Assembly (NCBI GenBank): GCA_951406725.2
Contig: OX597819.1
Coordinates: forward strand, 35,526,001 to 35,590,000
Source of the DNA: Octopus vulgaris
Taxonomy: Eukaryota
Direction of reading: 5' to 3'
Length of the DNA: 64,000 nt
The notes under the pieces are model-generated. The model searched no databases. It was not told the DNA's origin and saw only the letters and a list, made by a program, of their open reading frames with translations. How positions within the stretch are numbered: the stretch's first letter is position 1; each line of letters starts with the position of its first letter. The position numbers and the translations under genes are program-made. Shown piece by piece: positions 63,936-64,000 of this stretch.

Positions 63936-64000
63936 CTGAGGAGGACATACAGACATATATCTGTCTATCTAAGTGTTTGTGTGTGTGTGATCATCATCAT

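Overview
AT-rich, repeat-dominated eukaryotic DNA. The SINE/RTE families and microsatellite load suggest a coleoid cephalopod (Octopus-like); this is an inference. Almost all ORF-track entries are microsatellite or SINE read-through. Supported content: (i) probably the last two coding exons and a ~7 kb 3' UTR of an unidentified + strand gene (1-52, 8524-~15570); (ii) a decayed RTE LINE (15.8-18.8 kb) and many RTE 3'-tail copies; (iii) a near full-length Tx1/L1-clade LINE (30.9-39.6 kb) inside a (TCTA)n microsatellite, with ORF1 interrupted by a non-autonomous Gypsy-type LTR element that has a tRNA-Trp PBS and no canonical TSD; (iv) a 5'-truncated Naiad-like Penelope element with an open GIY-YIG ORF; (v) several tRNA-derived SINE families, four telomere-repeat-bearing MITEs, piggyBac- and mariner-type MITEs, and Helitron-type elements. 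Most interesting: minimal hammerhead ribozymes in (TA)n-embedded Penelope-type remnants, including an inverted sense/antisense pair in the putative 3' UTR; a SINE whose 3' tail matches the Tx1 LINE 3' end; and tandem compact pseudoknot-capable modules in RTE tails. Boundaries of decayed repeats are approximate.
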